This document shows positions 10,927 to 21,507 of a stretch of DNA of 47,218 bases, one piece after another. The notes under the pieces are model-generated. The model saw only the letters and a list, made by a program, of their open reading frames with translations. It made no database searches and had not been told where the DNA came from. The stretch's first letter is position 1, and every line of letters starts with the position of its first letter. This DNA comes from Emiliania huxleyi CCMP1516 (lineage: Eukaryota), in the NCBI RefSeq assembly GCF_000372725.1, contig NW_005201259.1:353949-401166 (forward strand), in the 5' to 3' direction. Made by a program: the position numbers and the translations under genes.

Positions 10927-11949
10927 TTTGGAGCGACTCGGAGAGCGCAAGCGGCGGCGGCGGCGATGGAGCAGAGTGCGCGCTGAGACTGGTGGACGCG
11001 GGCCTTCTACCCTACCTCCCTGTATCGGTCGGGGTTATGGCGGGTTTACAGGCCTTGTCAGGTTCTCGCTCATCCACCCACCCTCCTCGACCTTCCCGAC
11101 GATACCAGCGGGCCCGCCTCCACCTAGAAGACTGGTGCTGGGGGGTGAGTGTTCCCTGCTTCCGGCTTCTGCATATACCTGAGCTAGGGCCTGAGAGGCC
11201 TCGCTGGAGCCGAGGCATAGCGGCGTGATTTCGGACCTCCACCACCCCAGTCTTGTCCCGGGCTGAGTGGCATCAACACTAGCCCGCCCGCTGTTCCTAG
11301 GGTTGCGCGAGCTGTCCGAAGCTGTCACAGCTAGGGTTGCAAGACCTCAAAAGCCGGTCATCCACCACCCGAAAATGGCCGCCCTCCCCTCCAGAGCGCC
11401 GCCACAGCCGTCGTGCAAAACGGCCCAACCACCGACACGACCGCCACCGTCCGGCGGCAAGGCATACGCTCTGAGGCCGTAGAATGGGTACGGCTGCATC
11501 TAGCTCTTTGCGCGGGTCAAGTGTACCTGGCCTCCCCTTGATGGTCCTAGGCGGGCTTCTCCACAGGAGTCGATCTTGGAGAGGGGCAGTGCTCACTCTG
11601 CACTCTCTGGTCGGCCTGCTGTATCGACCCGTCGTGGCTTCACATCTACCTCGTGCCAGCGGCTCTCCTCGGCACCAGAGCGCTCCATCATACGCCAGAG
11701 CCTGTCCTGGGGCGGGTCCCCACGCCCTTACAATCATACGCATAAAAAAACCCGGACTCAATCGATTGTACTGCGGTGGTGTGAGTGAATGCACCATGAG
11801 CAAAAACCTGACTTGGCCTGTACGAGGTGTGAACGTGAACAGAGTAGCCAGATCGCTGTCGATCGTTACGGCACGCATGGGGGGCCTCCCGGACGTATGA
11901 TGTGACGCCCGGCCGGCCCGGCCTTCTGCCTCTTGCGACCCGATGCTTC

Positions 11950-12350
11950 ACTCATGCTCGGTGTGAAGCCAGGGCGGCATCGCGCCGCCAACCAAGAGAA
12001 TCATCTTCAACTTCGCCAAGAGGTCGGCAGCCCGAGCGCCGTCGACCGCACCGACTACGGCACAGCCTCCGGCAGCGCCCGGGGCTTCGCCCAACACCAC
12101 TCGCAACAGCTCTCGCGCGCCGCCGTCAGTGGCGATGCGCAAAACATCAACAACGCTGCTCGCAACATGCGTGTCGCGCACTCATTCATGACCGGTCTCA
12201 ATGCCCCACCCCCCTGCGCGCGGGCCTTCTAAGCCCGCGGGTAGTCCCCCCCCATCCCCAGGGCCTCCAGGGCTCGCACCTCAACCTCTCACAGGCCAGC
12301 GCACAGCGCCATAGGAGGTATTTTCTTCTCAATAACAAGGCTGTGAATCA
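11950..12350 (+). mobile_element. Degenerate 3' fragment of a CRE-like (RLE) non-LTR retrotransposon plus 3'UTR
   Basis: GGIAPPTKRIIFNFAKR / AVDRTDY..GFAQHHSQQLSRAAVSGDAQNI aligns with GGGFSPTAVLKLRRLARK..VDRTAY..FMSHHAERISLSVVRG..I of the 19972 ORF. Frameshifted; stop at 12230-12232. Confidence 0.75.
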
Positions 12351-12857
12351 CGCCCGCTGTGAAAACATTTGGCGGGGGATTTTTTCGCCAGTCAATAGAG
12401 CATGAAAATACCTTTCAGACGGTACCTTTCTGTCCTCCAGAGTCGAAGAACTCGACCGGTGGCTGGCCGCCAAAGTGGCTGGACGGCGCCGCGGCGCACA
12501 CTGGTGAGCCGCGGAGCACACCAAGGGAGCTGTCCTCGGCGCAGCCGATCAGCTCCCGCGGCCTGGGTGATGGCAGTGGCACTCTCTGAGGCTCCCTGAT
12601 TTTTTCTGGTATTGGTTGAGCACTCTCTCTGGTCACCATCGCCGGGCGAGCCTGGCTCTCGCTGCACAGCGGCGCGACCCGCGGTGAGGCTGCCGATCGT
12701 CGAACTGGGCTTAGCTCTCAGTCAAGATATTGTGCATATGGTCGGTCTCTACAATATCTTGACTGAGCACGACCGATGAATCGGCAGCACGGAGACAGGA
12801 AGGCTCGCTGTGTGAGTCGGCCACGCAGAGGGTCGGAACCTGGGTCGCAAGAGGCTA

Positions 12858-13382
12858 GGCCCGCGGGTAGTCTCACCCCATCCCCAGGGCCTCCAGGGCT
12901 CGCACCTCAACCTCTCACAGACCAGCGCTAGCAGTAGGCAGCTAGCCTCTGAGGAGGGCGTCCATAGACACCTCACAAGACCCCACACACGGTCTCGTCC
13001 GTGCCTCGCCGGCCGGCGAGATTGCTGGAGGTAGAGCAAGCCTGCTCTAGCCTCGCATGTCACTTCCTGTTGTCTGTTGTTTGTTGTGCCCTTGTTTGTT
13101 CTCTTGGCACCTTGGAGTGCTGGGGGGGGCGACAGGGAGGATGTGGCCTTGAGTTATGTGCACGCCAACTCAGGGTGTGTGGCAGCCACAGCTGGCTGTG
13201 TGTCTTGTGAGCCTGTTTGTGTCTGTGTGTCGCTCGTGCGTGTCGTCATCATCTGTCTAGCGTCCCCCATACCGCGTTGGTGTCCAGTCCGAGCCTGGCT
13301 GTTCTTCACCTTTCTACCTACCTAACCCTACCAGCGCATAGCGCCATACGACGTATTTTCTTGTCAATAACAAGGCTGTGAA
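12858..13382 (+). mobile_element. Second copy of the same 3'UTR, split by a 401-bp insertion
   Basis: 12858-12928 matches 12233-12302, and 13330-13382 matches 12295-12348. Confidence 0.8.
12929..13329 (+). mobile_element. Non-LTR/SINE-like insertion with 8-bp TSD (accagcgc) and (CTAC)n-like tail
   Basis: accagcgc at 12921-12928 and 13330-13337. Ends ctacctacctaaccct. Homologous to the 45862-46345 element (gcgtcc.cccataccgcgttggtgtcc). Confidence 0.8.
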
Positions 13383-13558
13383 CAGAAAGACTGTGTTACG
13401 CCTTCCTATCAATCAATCAAAACATGACCCCGGACTGGGGTTTGCGTGCTTTGTTTTTTAATTTTTTAGGTATGTTGTTGGATTAGTCCCTAGGCTGGAT
13501 GAATGAGGTGGGTGTTCCAAACGATGGCCGCTTCTGGTGAACCTTCTTTTCTACCAGG

Positions 13559-14085
13559 CTAGGATTGAGAGCAGCCTCGCTCTCAATCCTAGAAGTCGAA
13601 GGATTGTGAGCAGCACTCCTCGCAATCGTAGCATCTCTGTGCGATTGTGAGCACCCACGCTCGCAATCCTACATCTTCTAGGACTAAGAGCAGCTCCGCT
13701 CACAAGGTGACTGGTGACGCCTACGACTACTACCAGCGCGCTCACAATCCGAGCAAACTCTAGGGTTGCGAGCAGCTTGGCTCACATGAATCCTGGCAAC
13801 ATGCCTCCGATTGCGAGCAGAAGCGCTCGCAATCCTATAACTTTCGCCGATTGCGAGCGACACCGCCCATAGTCCTACGACTTCTAGGATTTGCGAGCGG
13901 GTCCCCTCGCAATCGGTGCGATCACTGTTTGGATTGTGATGAGACCCTCCCGGCGCGCTCACTCACAAGCGCTCGCGGCTGGAGCGATTGGGAGCGCCCT
14001 CCTTGTGCGCCTGCTAGCCAACTAGCTATACTAGCAGTCCTTGGATCTTTGGTACGATTGTGAGCGCAGCCGCTCATAGTCCTAC
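13559..14085. repeat. Array of about 12 palindromic units, period ~40-42 bp (GATTGYGAGC-N6-GCTCRCAATC)
   Basis: For example ctaggattgagagc-agcctc-gctctcaatcctag (13559-13592, perfect 14-bp stem) and gattgcgagc-agaagc-gctcgcaatc (~13809-13834). Confidence 0.9.
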
Positions 14086-14168
14086 AAGACGTTCCTGGTC
14101 GGTTGCGCAACCTTTTTGCCGACCTCCGAGCCCAGATAGCGCCGTCGCCGCCGCCGTCGTCGCCGTCC

Positions 14169-14202
<34 letters not shown>

Positions 14203-16050
14203 TGCCGCCGCCGCCGCCGCCGCTGCCGTCGTCCCCGCCATTGTCGCCGTCGTCGCCGCCGTCGTCGCCGCCACCACCATCGCCGTCGTCCATCTCATCG
14301 GCTCGGCCGCCCTGCGAGGTGGGAGACGAGCTAGGCCCCGCGCTCCCAGGCTGCGAGCCCGCCGCCCCACCCTTCCCAGAGGTCGGCCTGAGGCGACGGA
14401 TGCCTAGCCCGCCCTCTGAGGCGGTGATCCTGACGATGGCAGCGCAGTGGTTGTCATGCTGCAGGAACAAATGGAGCACGTACTGCGGCTGACTCGACTC
14501 TGTCGGCCAGATGAACTGCGGCATGCAGCGCGCGCCCTCCCGAGTGATAGAGTCGACGACAATCGGCGTGTGCCAAAGAGGTCGGCCACGCCAAGCAGGA
14601 ACCCGTCACACCCGTATGCGCCGCCTCGAACGCCAGCGAGGAAAGCCGCGAGATCAGTGTCGGCGGCTAGGGCCCGAGACCTGTGCACCGACAGCAGCAG
14701 CTGCTCCACTGTGTCGAGGGTCCGTGCGTCGACGGTATCGTGTGGCCGGCGGACGACTCGGCGCAGCACCTCGGGCATGGCCAGGTGGCGCGCCACGGCG
14801 AGGCGCAGCTTGCCACTCGCGAGCTTGGCGTCCCAGGAGGCGCCGAGGGTTAGCAGCCCGTGCGCAGCCAGCAGGGCCTCGGGCAGCAGTCTGCGCAGCT
14901 CCCAGGCGCACGCCGCGACCACACAGTCACCGGACGAGTCTAGGTCGACCGCCTCCCAGTGGCAGTCCTCGCACCCAATAGGCGGGAAGTCAGCACGCTG
15001 GGAAGTAGCGCGCGCGAGCATCGGGAAGCGGCCGGGGTCGATCCCGCCTGGCAGGCGCTCTGATGCAGGCGCGGTCGCAAAACGGACGCCGGCGGCGTCG
15101 AGCAGGGCCGTCGTGTGCATGAGGTCCCTGACGGCGTCCATGTTCCACAACCCGCCCGAGCTCGTCGCACCGCCCACGCCGCCCGCCACGCCGCCCTCGC
15201 CGCCTCCGCCGCCCTCCGCGGTGACGGCGCTGCCACCCGAGGTGTCGGCCGCGGTGTCGACGGGCATCTCGTCCTCGTCGTCGTCGCGCTTTCGGCGGCG
15301 ACTCTCCCGCGCTGCGGGCGGCTGGCACGGCGCCCTCTCGCGTTGTGGGCAGGCCTCTGGCTGCGAGGGCGATGGCGAGGCAGCCGCGCCGCTCGGCTCC
15401 GACGGCGATGCGACCGCCTCCGAATCGGGCGGGGTCGCCTTCGAGACGGGCGAGGTCGCCTCCTCGGGCGGGGGCGCACGGGGCGCGCAGCTTGGCTCGC
15501 GGGAGGACGCAGTCTCCTCTCCCCGCGCCGAGCGCGACCTCGCCGGCTGAGATCGTGATCGTCGCCGAGGCTCGCCCCCGCGACCGCCCGTCACCGCGGC
15601 GCTGGGCGTCTGCCTTCGCCGCCGCCGCCGCCGCCGCCGCCGCCGTCGCTGCCGCCGCCGCCTTCGCCGCCGCCGCCTCTTTCCGCACCCTCGCCGCCCC
15701 TGCCTTGGCAGCCTTATCGGCGATCCTTTGGCTAGACCGCCCAATCTCTCGCGATGGCGCGTCCGACTTAGGCTGGCTCCGGCGCGCACTGCGTTGAGCG
15801 CCGCCGGCCCTGAAGTGGAAGAGCGAGCAGAGGGAGGAGGAGGCGTCGCTAGCGTGGTGGGCGCCGGCGGGTCGTCTCTCTTGGTCGAGCCGCGCCCGCT
15901 CGCGACGCTCCGCCTCGAGGCTCTCCTTAAGCCTCTGGCGCGCCACGCGCTGTTTCTCTTGCACTTCGCCGACGGCCGACGCCAGCCGCTTGGCTTCCTC
16001 CAGCTCCTCAAGCTAATGAGCAGGTCCGAATGACGCCTAATGAGTTTCAT
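13922..16050 (-). pseudogene. Coiled-coil + OTU-like cysteine protease gene with frameshifts
   Basis: VDLDSSGDCVVAACAWEL (Cys loop), KLRLAVARHL, GAYGCDGFLLGVADLFG. After removing 2 nt at ~14570 it continues TPIVVDS..VLHLFLQHDNHCAAIV (His loop). A further frame switch lies near 15580. Confidence 0.7.
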
Positions 16051-16842
16051 CAGGCGCCTCGACGTCAGACGGCAGTTTTGGCACTGATTAGATTCGTTAA
16101 CTAAGCCCCGCTAATTAGTTCATCAGGCGCCTCCACGTCGGACGACAGTTTCGGCGATGAGATCATCGTCACCGTCATCGCCACCGGGTTTGAGCCCCCG
16201 GAGCGGGGAGGAGGAGGAGGAGGAGGAGGAGGAGGAGGAGGGCGGAGCGAGGCGGCGCCGCAGCAGCCAGTCGACTTGTTTCAGTTCCGGCCGCCGCGGC
16301 GGTGAGGGAGAGGGAGAGAGGGGCGGGGTGGGCGGGGTGGGCGGGTAAGGTGGCGCAGGAGAAGCTGACTTTGGGTTTTCTTGTTCGTTAGGGGGCACGA
16401 GAGCAGCGGGGACTACGACGCGTACCTCTCTCGGAGGCTCAACACGCGGGGGCCGGATGCTACATTCTTCTTCTTCTTCTTCTGAGTGGTGAATGATTCA
16501 TCCATAGGCGCGACGCGTTGGGGCGGCCGGGGGGACATGTGATGAACTGTTATTACCAGTTATTAATGATTCCTCGCAGGCTCGACACGTACTGCTCCCG
16601 GTTTAACAGTCTTCTTCATCTGAGTTATGAATGAGTACTCGCAGGCTCGACACGTACGGCTCCCGGATCGCCGCGCCGCCTCCGCCTCCGCTGCCCGGGT
16701 CCGATGCGGGGATATGAAGCAGCATAGCAGCAAGGCGGCCTGNNNNNNNNNNNNNNNNNNNNNNNNNNNNNNNNNNNNNNNNNNNNNNNNNNNNNNNNNN
16801 NNNNNNNNNNNNNNNNNNNNNNNNNNNNNNNNNNNNNNNNNN

Positions 16843-17335
16843 TGGCGAACTTGTTCTCGACCGCGTCGTTCGTCACGTGCGCGTCGATGGTGCGCCGGTG
16901 CGCGTCCTCGTTCTTGCTCCACGCGTTGACGCCGTCCTGGGACTCGAGCTTGTCAGCCAGCGCCAGCTTCGGGTCGTGCATCTTCTTGAGCGCCGCCTCC
17001 GCCTGGAGCTTGGCGAGCTCGAGCACCTTGGGCGTCGCCTGCTGGTTGCCCGAGCCAGGCGTCGGCACGCGCGCCTCGCGCAGGACGTCGGCGAAGGTGT
17101 GGTCGCCGCATCCCTTGAGCGGCCGCGCCAGCAGCTCGGCGCGCCAGTCGCGGAAGGCGGGCAGCTCCTCGGCGACGGCGGCGAACATGTCGAACTCGGG
17201 GTCGAGCAGCCGCGCCGGGTCCGCCACGACCTGCTCCATGCCCGCCTCGACCTGCTCCAGCACCCAGCCCATCTTGTAGAGGGACCAATCGTCGAGCTTG
17301 CTGGCGCTGCCGCACAGCCACCTGAGCGCCGGAGA
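16843..17335 (-). mobile_element. Fragment of a probable DDE transposase (hAT-like superclade)
   Basis: Clean ~160-aa coding segment ending HVTNDAVENKFA, resembling the TNDxxExxF catalytic-Glu motif. Cut by a gap on one side and low-quality poly-G/C on the other. Confidence 0.5.
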
Positions 17336-17701
17336 GTCGGCGGCGGAGTGAGCGTCGTCGGGCCAAGAATGGGTAAGGGGGGATAGGGCGCGGGTGGGAG
17401 GGGGAGGGGGGGGGGGGGGGAGGGTTCCCGGGAATTCCCCCCCCCCCCCCCCCCCTTCACCCCCCCCCCCTTCACCCTTGGCGGTTAAAACCGGGGGGGG
17501 CCAATGGCCCCCCCCCCCCCCCCCCTCCCCCTCACAACCACCCACCCGCCCGCCCGCCCACCCAAACCCGCACCCGCGCGCGCCCGGCACCGCCGCTGCG
17601 CGTCATGCTCCGCAGCCGCAGGGTCTGTTGCTCTCTGCCGTGCTCGCGCGGCGGTCCCGCAGGAACCCGCGCCCTTGCCGCCCGGCCGGGGCTGGAGAGG
17701 C

Positions 17702-19001
17702 TCAGAAGCGGGACAGGTGGATGCCGCGCTTCTTGCACACGGCCACCAGCTCAGGCTGCTCCGTGTTGTCCACCCAGAGCTCCTGCACGCGAGGGGAGGT
17801 GCGATGAGCATTCGATTGGGCGGGGGAGGGGCGTGTGGCGAGGGGTGGCGTCTCGCGCCTTCAGGCTCGGGGCGGCCCCCTCCTTGAGGGCGGCGGCCAG
17901 CGCCTTGCAGCCCTCGTCGCCAATCTCGTTTTCGTTGAGATAGAGCGTCTCGAGCCGCGGGGCTGCCCCGCTCGCGAGGACCTCCGCCAGCTGCGCCGCC
18001 TCCGCGTCGCCCCAGCCGAGGTCCTGGTAGAGCAGCGCGGTCGCCTTGCCAAACTGCTCGTTGAAGGCGGCCTCGTACAGCCGCTTCACCAGCGGCTTGT
18101 CGTCCTTGCCGTTGGTGAAGCTCTTCTTCTCAAGCTCCGCCGCGAACGCAGACGGCAGCAGCGGAGGGCGCCGGCCGCCGGCCTGGGTGCAGTCGTCGAT
18201 GAGGCTGTCACAATCGTACTTCACGCCGTCGCGCATCTTGCCGAGGTCGAGCGAGAGGTAGCCAGCCTTTGTCAGGCCAGCCCAGCACTGCTCCGTGAAG
18301 CACCAGCCGCGGTGAAAGTACTTGGCCACGTTGGTGCCCTCGGCCTGCTCCTCCGCCTTGTGGCCGTCCGGGAAGGAGGTCAGCCGCAGCACCCAAGTGT
18401 GCTTGTGGGAGTAGAGCGTGCCGAGGCAGCCCAAACCCTGCTTGAAGAGCGCGTTCTGCTCCTCGGTGCGCAGGACGCCGTTGGGGGGGTCGGGGTGCTG
18501 GTGCAGCGAGCCGAAGTCCCAGAAGACGCCGAGCCGCGTGATCATGCCGTTATTGTCAGTGAGCAGGGCCTTGAGCGCCCTCGCGACGCGGGTGAGGTTG
18601 GCTCCGAGCGGGTCGGGGTGGTCCTTGGTCAGCCACGGGTAGGAGAGCGCGGCGACGGGAAGGCTGCCATAGGTGGTCGCCTCGACGAGGTCGGCGAAAG
18701 AGAGGAAGGCCTCTTCGGGCAGCGCCTGGCGGTGTGCGAGGACGCCGCCCGCCTCAGCGTGGCGGATGACCCACTGCGCGTCGAGGACGGCGACGGCGCT
18801 GCTCGCGAGGACACGCTCCAGGTCGCCGCCGCCGAGCATGCGCCACTGCTTCAGCTTTTTTTCTCTCACGCCGAGATCGGTGGCGGAGGGGAGGGCGGCC
18901 GCCGGCTGCGTTGGCGGCGCGGCGGTTTCGGCGAACGTCGGGACGTCGCGGCGGTGGAGGCAGGGCAGCGACTTCGCGAAGCAGGCGCGCATCGACAGCA
19001 T
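17702..19001 (-). CDS. HET(TIR-like)-domain + RNI-like LRR protein; exons 19001-17859 and 17782-17702
   Basis: ALSYPW..HPDP, GVFWDFGSLHQ, LGTLYSH, YFHRGWCFTEQ follow the HET pattern LSYxW / WxDxxCIxQ / MxxIY / RGWTxQE. LRRs: LETLYLNENEIGDEGCKALAAAL. A 76-nt GC-AG intron leads to ELWVDN..CKKRGIHLSRF*. Confidence 0.8.
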
Positions 19002-19097
19002 GAGAGCGAGAGCAAGGAGAGCAAGGATGGAGGGAGTTGTGGCACGCCGAGAAAGCGAACCCGGTGCGCGCGCTTTCTCGAGGTTCTCCAGGTCCCT

Positions 19098-19575
19098 GTA
19101 GGTATATTGTTGGCAAATCAAGACACAGAGCTCACACAGAATCACAGCGGGAGGAAAGCGGCGAGTCGCAATTCCAGGGGTCGTTGTGGCGGGCCACCCT
19201 GTCCAGAGAGGCATGGATGCCAATCTGGGGTCTCTCGACCGAGTCTATGAAGCCCTGGCCGCCTCCCGGTGGTGGCAGAGGTTATGGAACCAAGCGACGG
19301 AGATGGTGCGGGGGTACGGGTGTTCCAGGAGGTCACGACACGCACCGACCCTTCACGAACCGAAAGGCTGCACCCGGGGGAGGCACAGTAATCCGGCACG
19401 TGTTGGGCGCCCCATTCCGTTTGGCGGCTAGGTCGGCTCAGGGCCCCGTCCACTTCCCTCCCACTTGGCGCGTGATGATGAGGAGATGCCACCCAGGCCA
19501 GCCAGGGCAAGGGCGGAGGGCGAGAGCGGAGAGCGGAGGGCTGGGCGGAGGCAAGGGCGGGCGGAGGGCGAGGAT
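19098..19575 (-). mobile_element. ~470-bp dispersed repeat (retroposon 3'UTR/SINE-like), copy 1
   Basis: Reverse complement of 29745-30214 with high identity; shared end ttgatttgccaacaataYacct. Confidence 0.85.
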
Positions 19576-19823
19576 TTTTTTTGTTTCGTTGGCCGAAGCC
19601 TCGTTGGCCGAAGTTGTGTTTATTTATTTAAGGATAAATTTCAGATTACCCGATTTTTGAGATTCGCCTCGCAGATTACCCGCCGAACGATGTTTTCCTG
19701 CTTAGCACGATTTCCGTAAAACCAGTTTACCCAGTCTCCCACACCCAATTCATGTTTCAGCTTACCCACTCGCTAAAATTTCTCAGGGCAGATTACCCGG
19801 CGACTTGAGCACTTGAGCACTGG
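19576..19823. mobile_element. Probable DNA-transposon/MITE end with subterminal repeats
   Basis: Five copies of cag(a/t/c)ttaccc, duplicated ttggccgaag and acttgagc, AT-rich, terminating in ...cactg (CAGTG on minus). Confidence 0.45.
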
Positions 19824-19902
19824 ATAGGGTCGATTCCGCATGGTACGGGACCCCTCGATCGTCTCGCCCCCTCACTGGTATGTTCATTGGGGGGGTCATT
19901 TA

Positions 19903-21394
19903 GAGAGAGAGATTTTTAGCAATACCAAACAAATCTAACACTCACACGTCATTTGGGGCCTGGAGCCCTGTTCACGCGCGCGCGAGACGTGCAGACAGGG
20001 TTGCCAGGTGAGAGCGAATGGCGCGGTTCACGCCTCGCACAACAGAGAGAGAGATGCGCTCTGCATGGTGGGACATAAAAGAGAGCGAGTACTTGGGCGA
20101 GTAGGCCGTGCGGTCGACGCTGCCGCGCGCGACTTTGCGCGCGAGGCGGCGCAGCTTGAGAACGGCGGTGGGCGAGAAGCCGCCGCCGAACGTCTCGTGG
20201 AGCAGCAGGTTGAAGTTGTTGCGCTTGACAAAGATCGCGTCGTGGTAGAAACCGCGATGCGCCTTGACGTAGCCGTGGCCGGTCTTGTGGGAGAAGGGTT
20301 GGCCGGGCTGCCCGCGCGCCTTGCAGCCCATGTTTAGGCGGCGGGCCTTCTCTTCGGTGTTACCAAAGGCGTAGGAGTGGCCAACGGAGGCGGGCGTGCC
20401 GCCACTCGAGGCGTTGCCAACGCCCGGCGAGGAGGTCTTGAGGAGGGGCGTCCAGAGCTTGATTTCATTCACTTCATCGCACCCTCCCGGGCCAGCGTGG
20501 GGTTCCGCGAGGTCGACCTTGTACCCCTCGTTGTACTGCCGGGTGAGCTCTAGTTTCTCCTTGTCACCGTGCACGACCGGCGCGTTGGCCGGGGCGCGCA
20601 TCGCGTCCGCCCAGGCGGCGAGGACGCCGTCGTGGGGCCGCCGGTGGTGGGCCTTGTTGTAAAGGTAGTCGCCGAAGAAATCGACTGGCATGCCCCGCTC
20701 GAGCGCGACCCGAAGGGTGGGAAGCGCCGCGGAGAGCCAAAGGCCGAGCTTTCGCTGGAGCTCGTCCTGGAGGGTGTCGGAGGAGAGGGCGGTGGCGTAC
20801 GTACCGTCGACACGGACATCGAAGGCCTTGCCGGCGAAAGGCGTTGAGGCGGAGACGAAGCGTGCGGCTTCGCGGTTGTTGACGGCGCTGTCTCCGAGGG
20901 ACGGGTTGTTCTTGACGTGCGCATCCCGCGCCTTGACGAGCTCCTGGTGCGCGTACCAGTCCTTGTGATTCTTGATGGCAGCGAGCGCCCGCGGCCGCGG
21001 GTACGTGGATTTGCAAGTGCCATTGAGAATCGCGTCGGTAGCTGGAAGGGACTCGGGCTCGGGGAGCGGGACGCTCTTGGGGTAGAACTCAGTCAGGTAG
21101 CCGCCGCGGACGGTGTAGTACTTGTTTTTGTCGCGGGCGGTGCGCTTCTCGCACACCTCCTTCCAGTCCGAGAGGGCGGACTCGTAGGTGGCGATAGCTG
21201 CGGCGATGGCGGGGTACTTGGATGCACCTCCCTCGTCGTGGGCGAAGTCGGGGTTGTGGGCGACGAGGGTGCGCCAGTTCTTGAGGAGCGACATGGAGAA
21301 GTCGCTGTCGGCTCGCGTGAAGGCGGTGTCGATGTTGCACCCGCCCATCTCGGTCGGCAGCTGTGCCTGGAGCCACGCGAGGTCGTTTGTGTTT
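19903..21394 (-). mobile_element. 5'-truncated CRE-like non-LTR retrotransposon (RT thumb + restriction-like endonuclease), (TC)5 tail, 8-bp TSD
   Basis: AWLQAQLPTEMGG (thumb), HRRPHDGV, KVDL..NEIK, TEEKARR, LLHETFGGG, RISLSVVRG (RLE motifs). gtcattta repeated at 19895-19902 and 21395-21402. ORF remnant open to the stop at 19972. Confidence 0.85.
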
Positions 21395-21507
21395 GTCATT
21401 TATGGATTGCGCTCGTACGCTCGAGGTACGAGGAGCGCAAGAGCGCGAAGCGATTTTTGGGCGGCAGGGCTGTTCCAGTTTATCTTGTGTTACGCGCGAG
21501 CCTGTGA

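Noticed and set aside
13559..14085. CRISPR array, or lac-operator/vector contamination (ATTGTGAGC..GCTCACAAT)
   Set aside because: Repeats are degenerate, variable parts are only ~6-14 nt, no cas genes are present, half-site spacing differs from lacO, and there is no vector sequence.
16040..16160. Possible hammerhead ribozyme (minus strand GAAAC..GTC..CTGATGA, two copies)
   Set aside because: Stem I cannot form next to the core and the second copy lacks GAAA. Better explained as a local ~45-nt duplication.
17350..17560. G-quadruplex or poly-G/C element (also 27000-27358, 30630-30770, 45425-45678)
   Set aside because: The pattern matches low-quality read ends in GC-rich DNA, mostly near contig edges.
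17835..19250. 471-aa plus-strand ORF and many similar Arg/Ala/Pro-rich ORFs (e.g. 3978-5195, 28712-29875, 41045-42385)
   Set aside because: Antisense or off-frame shadows expected at very high GC; no recognisable motifs.
21397..21399. ATG of the 475-aa ORF as a real start
   Set aside because: It lies within the target-site duplication; the ORF begins mid-thumb domain.
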